Positions 18,930-29,382 of a stretch of 64,000 nt of DNA are shown here, in pieces. Position numbers and translations under genes: made by a program. The stretch's first letter is position 1. Every line of letters begins with the position of its first letter. The stretch spans positions 3,469 through 67,468 of IMG/VR virus record IMGVR_UViG_3300029305_000878. One strand, written 5' to 3'. Source of the stretch: a virus (taxonomy: Duplodnaviria; Caudoviricetes). The notes beneath the pieces were generated by a model. It saw only the letters and a list, made by a program, of their open reading frames with translations, was not told where the DNA came from and did no database searches.

Positions 18930-21668
18930 ATGGCGATTAAAAAAACCGATTCCAATGGTCGAGAGTACGTTATCGTCGAAAGAAACGATACTCTTTGGGA
19001 TATCGCGGATACGTATCTTGGCGCTGGAAATAGATATACCCAGCTGGCAGCGATTAATAAGATGAACAATCCGAATCTTATACATCCCGGCCAAACAATA
19101 TACCTTGAAAAGACTAGCAGCTCTTCCGGGAGCTCGTCTAAGTCATCGAGCGCTAAGACCGTAACAATAACCACTCTCGAATTACAAGCCGATGTCGAGG
19201 ATACGCTGTACGTAATGTGGACCTGGGATAAGCATGGCAATACCGAAGAATATGAGGTTAAGTGGGAATATTATACCAAAAATCTGAAATGGTTCGGCGG
19301 GGTTAGTACCACAACAACCACTAAGGATCTATTCGCAACGTATAGTATACCATCGAATGCTACTTTGGTAAGAGTCTCGATTAAACCGGTATCTAAGACG
19401 TATAAAAGCGGTGACAAAGATGTTGCATACTTCACCGCTAATTTCTGCAAAGCGAAAGAGTATCAGGTTATCGACAAACCCGCTACTCCATCGTCTCTCA
19501 GTGTCGAACTTAACGGTTTGGAATTGAAGGCTGAGGTCTCCAATCTTAAAGACGAACCGCAGCTCGTTCAATTCGAGGTGGTTAAGGATAACACTACGAC
19601 CGTTAAGAAAGAAAAAGTAAAAGTCGAAACCGGCAATGCGTCGTATTCTTGTACCGTCGCTGCTGGTAGCTTTTACAAAGTTCGCTGCCGGGCGATTAAG
19701 AACGATATATACAGCGAATGGACTGACTATTCGAACAACTTCGAGAGCTCTCCGGCGGTTCCTGCTGGGTTCACGAAATGTGAGCCTGGCGAGCCGTCCG
19801 TAGACGGTCCTACGATTGCTCTAGAATGGGCCAGTATCACCACAGCTGTTAGTTACGATATTCAGTATACAAATGTAAAGTCCTATTTCGATACCACGGA
19901 CAAACCTACCACTAAAACTGGAATTACTACGACATCTTATCTATTAGTTGACGGGCTTGAAAACGGAAAAGAATATTTCTTTAGAATCCGGTCGGTTAAT
20001 AGTAAAGGTGCTCAGTCCGAATGGTCTGAAATAAGTAATGTAGTTCTTGGTAAAGAGCCCGCTCCACCCACCACTTGGTCTTCGACAACGACAGTTATCG
20101 TCGGTGAGCCATTATATTTCTATTGGACTCACAACTCTGAGGACGGTTCGTCACTGACGTATTCACATATTAGAGTTCTTGCCGATGGGGTTGAAGTTTT
20201 AGCTTGGGACATTGATCATACACAAGATGATGAGGAAACTAGTACTGGTTCGTATACGTTCGATACATCGGCGTATGCGGAAGGAACAAGACTTCAATGG
20301 GCCGTTAGGACTGCTGGTATTAGTAAAACATACAGCGATTACTCGGTTGAAAGAATAGTCGATATTTATAAGCAACCGACATTACGGTTAACACTCACCG
20401 ATGTTGATGGAAATGTATTCGATGAACTTTCATCGTTTCCTATTAATGTTTCCGCGATACCCGAACCCGCGACTCAAAGTCCGATCTGGTATCATCTGGA
20501 GATAACGTCCAATGAGATTTACGAAACTATTGACAATGTCGGCAACGTCAAAATGGTTAGTGCTGGAGAACAATTATACTCCGAACATTTCGATATTTCG
20601 ACTGCGCTTGAAACAGTTATCTCGGCGGGTGATGTTAATCTTGAGAACAATAAGTCATACACGATCACTTGTACGGTAACTATGGACTCGGGTTTGACCG
20701 CTGTCGCGTCGTCCGAATTCACTGTTTCGTGGGTCGATACTGTATACACGCCAAATATGCAAATAGCTATCGACCAAGATAAGTTATCGGCTATGATAAG
20801 CCCTTATTGCGAAAGCACTTCACTTACGTATTGTAAGGTCAATCTGGTCAACGGCGAGTATCAGGTGGATAGCGAAACCACGTACGATTTCGTATGCAGA
20901 GCGTACACCAGAGATGACGATGATACCATTGCGGTTATAGTTCCACCTGTCGGTACACTTAGTACTGGCGAGAAAGTTTACCAGGGCGTTACGGCCGATG
21001 GTGACGAGATTTTATATTCCGAAATAATCACGACTACTCCTGTAGAAGATGTAATTTTATCAGTATACAGGAGAGAGTTCGATGGCGGTTTCACGTTATT
21101 GCCTAGCGCCGAGTTAACGGGTGACAAGAACACTTACATAGTGGATCCCCATCCGGCTTTGGATTACGCTCGCTATAGAATTGTAGCCAAATCCACGAAA
21201 ACCGGTGCTGTGAGCTATTACGACCCGCCCGGTCAACCTGTCGGGTGCAAGTCCGTAGTTATTCAATGGGATGAAGCATGGTCGCAGTTCGATACTTTTG
21301 GGGTTGAGGATCCATTGGCTGAACCGCCTTGGTCTGGCTCAATGTTGAAACTTCCGTACAATATCGACGTATCGAATAAGAATGCGCCAGACACTTCATT
21401 AGTGGAATATGCTGGTCGGAAACATCCGGTTAGCTATTATGGAACTCAACTCGGCGAAACCGCTACATGGAATGTGGTTATTGAGAAGAGTGATATCGAG
21501 ACGCTGTACGCTTTGCGCCGGTTATCGATTTGGATGGGAGACGTGTATGTACGCGAACCTTCCGGGTCGGGATACTGGGCGAATATTAAAGTAACATTTA
21601 GTCAGAAGCATCGTGAGCTGACTATACCCGTAACAATTGATGTAACAAGAGTCGAAGGAGGTGCATGA
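18930..21668 (+). CDS. LysM + fibronectin type III tail (distal tail/baseplate) protein
   Basis: LysM (DTLWDIADTYLG...NPNLIHPGQTIYL); FN3-like (YFFRIRSVNSKGAQSEWS); Dit-like C-terminus. Confidence 0.8.
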   Translation: MAIKKTDSNGREYVIVERNDTLWDIADTYLGAGNRYTQLAAINKMNNPNLIHPGQTIYLEKTSSSSGSSSKSSSAKTVTITTLELQADVEDTLYVMWTWDKHGNTEEYEVKWEYYTKNLKWFGGVSTTTTTKDLFATYSIPSNATLVRVSIKPVSKTYKSGDKDVAYFTANFCKAKEYQVIDKPATPSSLSVELNGLELKAEVSNLKDEPQLVQFEVVKDNTTTVKKEKVKVETGNASYSCTVAAGSFYKVRCRAIKNDIYSEWTDYSNNFESSPAVPAGFTKCEPGEPSVDGPTIALEWASITTAVSYDIQYTNVKSYFDTTDKPTTKTGITTTSYLLVDGLENGKEYFFRIRSVNSKGAQSEWSEISNVVLGKEPAPPTTWSSTTTVIVGEPLYFYWTHNSEDGSSLTYSHIRVLADGVEVLAWDIDHTQDDEETSTGSYTFDTSAYAEGTRLQWAVRTAGISKTYSDYSVERIVDIYKQPTLRLTLTDVDGNVFDELSSFPINVSAIPEPATQSPIWYHLEITSNEIYETIDNVGNVKMVSAGEQLYSEHFDISTALETVISAGDVNLENNKSYTITCTVTMDSGLTAVASSEFTVSWVDTVYTPNMQIAIDQDKLSAMISPYCESTSLTYCKVNLVNGEYQVDSETTYDFVCRAYTRDDDDTIAVIVPPVGTLSTGEKVYQGVTADGDEILYSEIITTTPVEDVILSVYRREFDGGFTLLPSAELTGDKNTYIVDPHPALDYARYRIVAKSTKTGAVSYYDPPGQPVGCKSVVIQWDEAWSQFDTFGVEDPLAEPPWSGSMLKLPYNIDVSNKNAPDTSLVEYAGRKHPVSYYGTQLGETATWNVVIEKSDIETLYALRRLSIWMGDVYVREPSGSGYWANIKVTFSQKHRELTIPVTIDVTRVEGGA

Positions 21669-21669
21669 T

Positions 21670-23130
21670 ATGGCTGATTGGAAGTCATCGATGCAGCAAA
21701 CATTTGAATACTATATCGTTGATCCGAATACGTGGAAGGATATTAGGCTGATCGATACTGTAAAATCATGCACTATAAGCCGAGATGCGGAAACAGACAC
21801 TCTCGGCTCCGCCTCCCTAGATGTCGTCGACTCGCTCGGCGAATGTTATGTAAGGGTCTACCTTGTAACAATTCAAAATGGAATTAGAGAAAGGCATCCG
21901 CTTGGTACTTTCTTAGTACAAACACCATCGTCGCAGTATGATGGAAAAATGCGAACTGCCACCATGGATGCCTACACTCCATTATTGGAGCTTAAAGAAA
22001 AACAACCACCGCTTGGATATTACGTGCCAAAGACTGTGTATCTCAAAGTCGAAAAGATGGACGATACGTATACGAAAACCGAAGAGGTGGTCAAACCAGT
22101 ATTTGGGACCAAGATGGATTCGGTAACGACCACTACCGGTGAGCAGGTGTTTAGTTGGGTTTCTGATAAAGGGGAAACATTATATTACTGTTTGAAAGAG
22201 ACAGTGACGGATCTCGCTTATCGTTTGGTAAGAGAAAACGCAAGAGCTCCCGTGGCAAAGATTACAAACCTTACTCCGCTGCAATACGATTTCGTATCGA
22301 ACACTGAAGATACTTGGTTCACGTTTGTAAAAGACCTGATATCGAGTGCCGATCACGAGTTAGCTTTGGACGAAATGGGGCGTATTCTTTTCTCGCCCAA
22401 GCAGGATATCGGATCGTTAAGCCCCGTGTGGACCTATAGCGACGATGACAGCTCGATCTTGTATACTGACATAACTACCAATCATGATCTGTACGGGATA
22501 CCGAATGTTATCGAGGTCGTATATTCGACGGCTGATAACTTGATGTATTCACGCGCGGTGAATGACGATCCGAATAGTCCGACGTCTACGGTATCTCGAG
22601 GTCGAGAGATCGTGCGTCGCATAACCGATCCCGAGTTGTCTGGCGCGCTTACTCAAGCGCAAGTTGATGACTACACCGATAGGCTTTTGCGTAGCGTATC
22701 CTCGGTCGAATACCGAATAACTTACTCGCACGGATATTGCCCCGTTCGCGTTGGCGATTGTGTACGTATCAATTACGCTAAGGCCGGCATAAAGAACGTA
22801 AAAGCTAAAGTTATTAGTCAATCGATAAAGTGTGAAGCTGGGTGTAAAGTCTCCGAGACGGCTGTTTGGTCAGTTAGCTTATGGCGAGGTACATCGCATA
22901 CTATTTCGTACAATGCAAATGGCGGTGATGGAGCTCCCGAAAGTCAGACTAAAGGCTGGAGAGCTGTTATACGGATTTCCGATACGATCCCCACGCGCGA
23001 AGGATACGAATTCGTTGGATGGGGCTTGACTGAGCATTCGACAGAAGTCGCATATGCGCCTGGTGATAATTACACTGAAGATGTTGATATTCAACTTTAT
23101 GCTATTTGGAACGGAGGTGATTCGCAATGA
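21670..23130 (+). CDS. Baseplate hub / tail-associated protein with C-terminal InlB B-repeat
   Basis: Position; ISYNANGGDGAP...PTREGYEFVGW...LYAIW repeat. Confidence 0.7.
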   Translation: MADWKSSMQQTFEYYIVDPNTWKDIRLIDTVKSCTISRDAETDTLGSASLDVVDSLGECYVRVYLVTIQNGIRERHPLGTFLVQTPSSQYDGKMRTATMDAYTPLLELKEKQPPLGYYVPKTVYLKVEKMDDTYTKTEEVVKPVFGTKMDSVTTTTGEQVFSWVSDKGETLYYCLKETVTDLAYRLVRENARAPVAKITNLTPLQYDFVSNTEDTWFTFVKDLISSADHELALDEMGRILFSPKQDIGSLSPVWTYSDDDSSILYTDITTNHDLYGIPNVIEVVYSTADNLMYSRAVNDDPNSPTSTVSRGREIVRRITDPELSGALTQAQVDDYTDRLLRSVSSVEYRITYSHGYCPVRVGDCVRINYAKAGIKNVKAKVISQSIKCEAGCKVSETAVWSVSLWRGTSHTISYNANGGDGAPESQTKGWRAVIRISDTIPTREGYEFVGWGLTEHSTEVAYAPGDNYTEDVDIQLYAIWNGGDSQ

Positions 23131-26100
23131 GTTTGTCTAGCGACTTAGTATCTCAGTTTGTCAAAGCCACTAATGATAACACTAAAGCTAAAAAAGAGGC
23201 GAGCGTTGTCTACGGTACCGTTACGCAAGCTGGAGATCAGACGTACGTAAAGCTCGATGGATCTGATATTTCAACTCCCGTGACGACAGCTGCTACGGTT
23301 AAAACTGGAGATCGAGTAATTGTATCCATTAAAAACCATAGCGCTGTAATCACCGGGAACGTGAAAGACCCCTCGGCAAGCAATAGCGAAGTTGAAAACA
23401 ATAAAGCCGAAGCCGATTCCAAAATAACTGAGTTGGGCGTAGCTGTGGCAGATCGGATTACCGTTGAACAGCTGAACGCTAATAACGCCGTAATTAAGGA
23501 AGAGTTGTTGGCTAACGACGTAAAGGTTCAAAATACCCTGACTGCGAGTATCGTCGAAGTTGAACGTAAATTGACTGCGAAGGATGTCGAGATAACTGGT
23601 AAGCTCGATGCTAACGAAGCATCTATTAGAGAACTTTATGCTAATAGTTTAACTGTTGAAAGTGCGCAGGCGACTTATGCTACTATCAAGAATCTCGAGG
23701 CTACAAATGCCGAGGTTAATAGTCTAAAAGCTACGCATGCGGAGTTTAAGCAAGCGACGATCGACGACCTGAAAGCTAAGCAAGCGTCGATTGACAAACT
23801 CAACACCGATAAGCTCAATGCTTCCGAAGCCGCAATTAAGTACGCTCTGATCAGCGAATTGAATGCTGAAACTGCGCGTATCAATAATCTTAACGCTGAG
23901 GTTGGTGATATTAACACGTTAATGTTCGGGTCGGCTACAGGCGATGTTATACAAACGTCGTTTGCGAACGCTGTAGTTGCCCAATTAGGGGCGGCTCAGA
24001 TTAAGTCGGCGATGATTGAAAGTATCTCTGCGGATAAAATTTCGGCAGGAGATATTAGCACGAACAACGTTAGAGTAGTATCCGAGGATGGTCGATTGAT
24101 TATATCGGATGAGACTATTCAAATCAGTGATAGCAAAAGAGTTAGAGTGCAAATCGGTAAAGATTCGTCCGGAGACTATTCCATTAATGTATGGGATGCT
24201 GACGGAAAATTAATGTTTAGCGAAGGCGGCATTACAGATAACGCCATCAAAGATGCGATCATTCGTAATGACATGGTTAGTGAAGGTGCTAACATATCCG
24301 CTAGTAAGCTCAACATCGATAGCTTGTTTAAGGTCATTAACGAAGATGGTTCCAACACCTTAAAGTCGTCCAAGATCTTACTGGACAAAGAAGGTCAAAC
24401 ATTAGACGTCGCTTTCGAGGAAATGACCACTGGCGTGGAAGATCTCGAAAAAACCGTGAGTTCGCAAGGTACGAGCATATCAGCAATCCAGGGTAAAATC
24501 TCGAGTAAAGTTTGGCAACAAGATATTACGACTGCCGTGGATAATATCAAAATGGGTGGTCGAAATTACTTCATCAGAAAAAACATCAACAACTTAGCTT
24601 GGGGTAGTGGTAGTACGTTACTGGAAAATGTGGCGTATCGAGGTTACTCGTTCCCCGTTGAGGCAGGCGAACAATGGATCCTTTATAGAACCGATGCGAC
24701 TAATAATCGTTGGGGTTTATATTGGCTTACCGAGGAACCGGTCGCCGGCTCTACGGACATGATTATTGCGATGAGAGCTGACGAGCAAGCAGCGAATCAG
24801 GTTAATCGCTTCACGGTGCCAGAAGGTAGAACGTGGGGTTTCATATATTTGTCGAATCAAGGTGACGAAATACCTAATATCATGCTCGAAAAAGGTAATA
24901 AAGCATCTGATTGGACTCCTGCCCCAGAAGATGTCGAAGGGGATATTGCGTCACTGTCGGCTCAATATAGTTCTCTTGAGCAAACCGTAAATGGTATTTC
25001 GACAACCGTTGCGTCTCATACTAGTGAGATTGCTAAAAAAGCGGACGGTAGTACTGTTACTGCGGTGTCTAATAAAGTATCCGAGTTAGAGCAAGATCTC
25101 GACGGATTTAAGACCACAGTTAGTAATACGTTTAATGATTATTCCACGACCGAGCAGGTTCAAAGTGCCATTGATCAAAAAGCAGACAGTATAACTTCGA
25201 CCGTTAGTTCTAAATATGCAACTAAAGAGTCCGTTGAAGATGTTGAGGCGATGGTGGAATCGTTAGGCACGCGGGTTACCACTGCTGAGACGAGCATAAC
25301 TCAAAATACGGAGCAGATCGCGCTTCGAGCGACAAAAACTGAGGTATCGACTGCTAAGTCCGAAGCCATCTCGGCAGCCAGCTCAGATGCTACGACAAAG
25401 GCTAATAACGCGTTATCTAGCGCTAATGCGAATACTACCGAAGCACTAAAGAATTATAGCACGACATCGGAAATGAACGCCGCTATAGATTTGAAAGCGG
25501 ATGGAATAGTATCCACCGTAAGTAAGACTTACGCAACGAAATCCGCATTAGAGACCACTAACTCCAACGTTGCGACTGCGCAAAATACCGCAAATTCAGC
25601 AAAAGATAGTATAGACACTCTCGAAATTGGTGGGAGAAATTATTTCAGACCATCTCAAGTTGTCGACTTAGGCTGTACCGGTTTGGCTTCTGGTGAACAA
25701 GGTCTGATAAGTACGGGTAATTGTGTTGGCTTTTCAGTCGCTGTAGAAGAAGGCGAGACTTGGTCATTAAGTAGAAGTTCGTTATCCAATAATCGATTCG
25801 ACTACTGCTTCACCATCGACGAACCAAGCAATGGAACGTTGATTTATGAGTGGAACTCCGGAGGCAGATCGCTTCTGAAAATAGAGGGGATTACCGTTCC
25901 GGCCGGAAAGGGTTATAAGTTCCTCGTTTTATATTTATCAAATCAAAGTGATATAGACGTATTACCTAATATTAAGTTGGAGCGAGGCAGTAGAGCCACC
26001 GACTGGACTCCGGCACCTGAAGATATGGCTACCGCTGAAGAAGTTGACCAAGCTGACGAAAAAGCGTCTAATGCTCAAACCTTAATCGCTCAGTTATCCG

Positions 26101-26561
26101 ATAGCATATCGATGCTAGTTACTGATGGTAACGGCACGTCACTTATGACTCAAACCGAGACTGGATGGACGTTTAGCACTTCCAAGATTCAGGAATCGGT
26201 TAACGCCGTATCTGATAACTTAAATTCCCTGACGGAAGAAGTTGGGGATGCGAGTAATGCTATAGATATTCTACAACGAGCTGTGGATGATCTTGGCGAA
26301 ATTGCGGAATACGTCAGTATAACAACCTACGAAGACGAACCTTGCATAGAGCTGGGCGAGGGTGATAGCGATTTCAAGTTACGCATCACTAATACTCGTA
26401 TGATGTTTACGGAAGGTTCTGTGGTATTGGCATATTTTAACAATCAATCGTTCTGCTCTAAAAAAGTAACGATTGAAGAGGAGCTTCAACAGGGCGGTTT
26501 TGTCTGGAAGGCTAGAAGCAACGGTAATTTGGGACTTGTATGGAAAGGAGGTAATGGCTGA
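23127..26561 (+). CDS. Tail fibre / antireceptor-like protein (coiled coils + two GRNY...DWTPAPED modules)
   Basis: Long heptad-like regions; duplicated module MGGRNYF...EKGNKASDWTPAPED and IGGRNYF...ERGSRATDWTPAPED. Confidence 0.75.
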   Translation: MSLSSDLVSQFVKATNDNTKAKKEASVVYGTVTQAGDQTYVKLDGSDISTPVTTAATVKTGDRVIVSIKNHSAVITGNVKDPSASNSEVENNKAEADSKITELGVAVADRITVEQLNANNAVIKEELLANDVKVQNTLTASIVEVERKLTAKDVEITGKLDANEASIRELYANSLTVESAQATYATIKNLEATNAEVNSLKATHAEFKQATIDDLKAKQASIDKLNTDKLNASEAAIKYALISELNAETARINNLNAEVGDINTLMFGSATGDVIQTSFANAVVAQLGAAQIKSAMIESISADKISAGDISTNNVRVVSEDGRLIISDETIQISDSKRVRVQIGKDSSGDYSINVWDADGKLMFSEGGITDNAIKDAIIRNDMVSEGANISASKLNIDSLFKVINEDGSNTLKSSKILLDKEGQTLDVAFEEMTTGVEDLEKTVSSQGTSISAIQGKISSKVWQQDITTAVDNIKMGGRNYFIRKNINNLAWGSGSTLLENVAYRGYSFPVEAGEQWILYRTDATNNRWGLYWLTEEPVAGSTDMIIAMRADEQAANQVNRFTVPEGRTWGFIYLSNQGDEIPNIMLEKGNKASDWTPAPEDVEGDIASLSAQYSSLEQTVNGISTTVASHTSEIAKKADGSTVTAVSNKVSELEQDLDGFKTTVSNTFNDYSTTEQVQSAIDQKADSITSTVSSKYATKESVEDVEAMVESLGTRVTTAETSITQNTEQIALRATKTEVSTAKSEAISAASSDATTKANNALSSANANTTEALKNYSTTSEMNAAIDLKADGIVSTVSKTYATKSALETTNSNVATAQNTANSAKDSIDTLEIGGRNYFRPSQVVDLGCTGLASGEQGLISTGNCVGFSVAVEEGETWSLSRSSLSNNRFDYCFTIDEPSNGTLIYEWNSGGRSLLKIEGITVPAGKGYKFLVLYLSNQSDIDVLPNIKLERGSRATDWTPAPEDMATAEEVDQADEKASNAQTLIAQLSDSISMLVTDGNGTSLMTQTETGWTFSTSKIQESVNAVSDNLNSLTEEVGDASNAIDILQRAVDDLGEIAEYVSITTYEDEPCIELGEGDSDFKLRITNTRMMFTEGSVVLAYFNNQSFCSKKVTIEEELQQGGFVWKARSNGNLGLVWKGGNG

Positions 26562-28426
26562 TGGCTGCAACATCATATTCGGGTTCAGTTTCAAAATGGA
26601 CTCCATTTGGGGTAGCGTTAGATCTTAAGGTTTCTATTACTAGCGTCACCCGAACTTCCGCGACCGAGTTTACTGTGAGAATCACTGCTTCCTGGGAGAC
26701 GTATTATTCCGGAGCTGCGACTAAATACGGTATGCGCGCTCGATCTAGTAATTCCAGCGTTACGATAAGCAATTTCGATGGAACATCCCGTAGCTCTGGA
26801 AGTGCATCATTTACAGCCAAGTTTTCCATAAGTGGTAACGGTGCATCCACGAAGACTATCGGGGTAGTATTCGAAAACTACAATACTGACAACGCCGATT
26901 CCAAGACGACGACTGTGTCCGTCAGTGGCGTGTCCGTTCCTGCTTGGACTTCCTATACTATCACGTATAACGCTAATGGCGGCTCTGGTGCTCCCGGAAA
27001 TCAAACGAAATGGAAAGATCAAACCCTTACCCTTTCAAGCACCAAGCCCACTAGAACTGGATATTCATTCTTGGGATGGTCTACATCTTCAACGGCGACT
27101 ACCGCTACATATTCTGCTGGTGGAAGCTATACCGCTAACTCCGCAGCGACACTTTATGCGGTGTGGAAGGCTAATACTTACACTGTCAAGTACGATGCTA
27201 ATGGCGGTAGCGGAGCGCCTGGAAATCAAACAAAGACATACGGAGTCACGCTTAAGCTTTCCAGTACGATACCGACCAGGACTAATTACAACTTCAAAGG
27301 TTGGGGTACGTCCGCATCGGCAACTACAGTATCGTATGCTGCTGGCGGCAACTACACGGCAAACGCTGCTGTTACTCTATACGCTATTTGGGAGCTAGCC
27401 TATGTTAAGCCGCGTATTACTAATCTATCGGTAGTTCGTGGCAGTTGGGACGGAGATGAAATCGAGGACGGTACGTACGCTCTTGTCGATTTCGATTTCG
27501 AGTGCGATCTAAACTGGACTAGTATCGTGATAGAGTGGGAGAGTGAAACCACCGACCCCGCATCAATGACTTGGACAGGTTCCCCGAACACTAGCGGTCA
27601 TATATGCGCCATTGTTGGCGACGGCGCTCTTAATACAGAGACAACCTATACGATTAGGGTAATCGTCACGGATGCGAATGGATATTCATACGCGTTTGGT
27701 ACTTTGAGCAGTACCAAATTCGTTATAGACTTTATGACCGGAGGGAAAGGCGCTGCTTTCAATAAGTCAGCCGAGTTAGAAGGCGTTCTTGATATCGGAT
27801 TCAAGACTCGCTTTTTCGGAGGAATATTATATCCGGTCCTAGATCCTGAAACGGACTTGAATGACATTAAAACGCCGAATACGTATATCGGAGCAAATGT
27901 AGCGGATTACGCATATGTTAATTGTCCGGTGTCGAGCGGTACGTTCACTCTAATCGTGGAAAGCGGTGGCGCGGAAGGTCAGGTAAGACAAACTTATATA
28001 AGCTGTAGTAAGTACAAGCCCGAAAGATATGTTCGTTTTTATTACCAGGAAGCATGGGGCGAATGGTTTTGGGCTGGAACCGAGGAATACGTATTATACG
28101 AGAATAGTAACGGTTCGGCCGACACGATAACTCTCAATGCATCTGTAGCTAATTATCGGTATATAGAAATATATTATACAGATAACAATAATAAAGGTCA
28201 GGGTTATACTAAGATATGGAACGCGAACAATAAAGTCGCGCATTTGCAGCTCCAAGAAGCTGGTAGTAATCCATATTTCCGACAAACCGCTTACTCTATA
28301 GTAGGTACTAGTATTACTCCCGAGGTGGCCACCGCCAGTTATGTTAGAGTTAGTACTGCTGGTGCGGTAACAACATCGATCGGAACAAATTATATAAAAA
28401 TAGTTCGCGTTATAGGACGAGCTTAA
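26561..28426 (+). CDS. Minor tail / receptor-binding protein with two InlB B-repeats
   Basis: Two YxAN GGSGAP...PTRTxYxFxGW...LYAxW repeats; Ser/Thr-rich. Confidence 0.7.
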   Translation: MAATSYSGSVSKWTPFGVALDLKVSITSVTRTSATEFTVRITASWETYYSGAATKYGMRARSSNSSVTISNFDGTSRSSGSASFTAKFSISGNGASTKTIGVVFENYNTDNADSKTTTVSVSGVSVPAWTSYTITYNANGGSGAPGNQTKWKDQTLTLSSTKPTRTGYSFLGWSTSSTATTATYSAGGSYTANSAATLYAVWKANTYTVKYDANGGSGAPGNQTKTYGVTLKLSSTIPTRTNYNFKGWGTSASATTVSYAAGGNYTANAAVTLYAIWELAYVKPRITNLSVVRGSWDGDEIEDGTYALVDFDFECDLNWTSIVIEWESETTDPASMTWTGSPNTSGHICAIVGDGALNTETTYTIRVIVTDANGYSYAFGTLSSTKFVIDFMTGGKGAAFNKSAELEGVLDIGFKTRFFGGILYPVLDPETDLNDIKTPNTYIGANVADYAYVNCPVSSGTFTLIVESGGAEGQVRQTYISCSKYKPERYVRFYYQEAWGEWFWAGTEEYVLYENSNGSADTITLNASVANYRYIEIYYTDNNNKGQGYTKIWNANNKVAHLQLQEAGSNPYFRQTAYSIVGTSITPEVATASYVRVSTAGAVTTSIGTNYIKIVRVIGRA

Positions 28427-28444
28427 AATAAAGGAGAGATTAAA

Positions 28445-28750
28445 ATGATTAAAAATTTTAAAACATGGTTTCCTAAAGCACTTATTCGTGCGGTCAAAAC
28501 TTTTGCGCAAACGTTCTTAGCCACTATTGGCACTGGCGCGGTTGTACTGGGCGATGTTAATTGGGCGATGGTGTTGTCTTCTGCAACTCTCGCTGCGGTA
28601 TTATCTATCGTTACTTCTTTAGCTGGTATTCCCGAAGCTAAGGAGACTGAAGTTCAGAAAGAAGAGAAAGCCGAAGAAGCGACACCGGGAGCAACTAAAC
28701 CGGAATCAGTTAATCCGGGCGAAAAGGATATCTCTCAGAGAGAGGTGTAA
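28445..28750 (+). CDS. Holin (r1t-like)
   Basis: KALIRAVKTFAQT...VNWAMVLSSATLAAVLSIVTSLAGIPE with two TM segments. Confidence 0.85.
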   Translation: MIKNFKTWFPKALIRAVKTFAQTFLATIGTGAVVLGDVNWAMVLSSATLAAVLSIVTSLAGIPEAKETEVQKEEKAEEATPGATKPESVNPGEKDISQREV

Positions 28751-28753
28751 TCA

Positions 28754-29089
28754 ATGAACGTCTGGGCTATTGTAATCGATTCGGTATTAGCCATCATAAT
28801 CGGAATGCTGTTATTTCTGTGGCAAAGAAGTATCAAAGAGAATGATAGACTGAGAAGACAGCAGGAAGAAGAGAAGGCTAAGCATGATAAAGCACTCGCA
28901 GAAGGTATGGTATGCGTATTGCGTAAACATCTTATGGACGAGCATGAGAAGTGGATGGACAAACAGTACATTACATCCACAGCTCTTGAGAACGGTCTGG
29001 CGATGTATCATGCATATAAGGGTCTCGGCGGCAATGGTATGATCGATCATATGAATGATGATATTTCCGAACTGCCAGTAAGAGACTAA
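28754..29089 (+). CDS. Membrane-anchored lysis-associated protein (holin/antiholin-like)
   Basis: N-terminal TM, coiled coil, YHAYKGLGGNG motif; next to holin. Confidence 0.6.
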   Translation: MNVWAIVIDSVLAIIIGMLLFLWQRSIKENDRLRRQQEEEKAKHDKALAEGMVCVLRKHLMDEHEKWMDKQYITSTALENGLAMYHAYKGLGGNGMIDHMNDDISELPVRD

Positions 29090-29100
29090 AATAGGGTGTA

Positions 29101-29127
29101 TTCGCGACAAAAACATGCCCTATTATG
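29101..29127 (+). promoter_or_regulatory. Class-E motif copy 1
   Basis: TTCGCG acaaaaaCAtgccc TATTATG. Confidence 0.75.
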
Positions 29128-29160
29128 GAAGGAAATACACTTACGAAAGGATGTATTATC

Positions 29161-29295
29161 ATGAACAAATTTTTCGTAGCAGTTGGACAAATCGTGGTCG
29201 GAGTAGCCATTGGTAATGTAGCAAGTGATGCGTTTAATAAGTTAGTGGTAAAACCTATCGAAAAAGTTATTGAAGCCAAAAAGGGAGGGGCCTAA
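29161..29295 (+). CDS. Small membrane peptide (44 aa; not in ORF track)
   Basis: GAAAGG RBS; MNKFFVAVGQIVVGVAIGNVASDAFNKLVVKPIEKVIEAKKGGA. Confidence 0.7.
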   Translation: MNKFFVAVGQIVVGVAIGNVASDAFNKLVVKPIEKVIEAKKGGA

Positions 29296-29316
29296 CACGC
29301 CCTTTTCTTTTTATTT
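29283..29316 (+). terminator. Cassette terminator overlapping stop codon
   Basis: GGGAGGGGC ctaacac GCCCTTTTC followed by T-run. Confidence 0.75.
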
Positions 29317-29343
29317 TTCGCGAAATTTGCACCTTATCTTATG
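29317..29343 (+). promoter_or_regulatory. Class-E motif copy 2
   Basis: TTCGCG aaatttgCAcctta TCTTATG. Confidence 0.7.
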
Positions 29344-29382
29344 CGGAATACGCAGCTAAAAATTTTTAAAAGGAGAACAATT

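Larger units (their letters stand above)
313..26599 (+). repeat. Dispersed, strand-polarised 9-mer TCAAAATGG (11 copies)
   Basis: Starts at 313, 3924, 5203, 7102, 9050, 11395, 18758, 20548, 21873, 24547, 26591; none noticed beyond 27 kb. Confidence 0.8.

Noticed and set aside
1230-28426. Diversity-generating retroelement
   Set aside because: No reverse transcriptase motif and no TR/VR pair differing at adenines seen in the window
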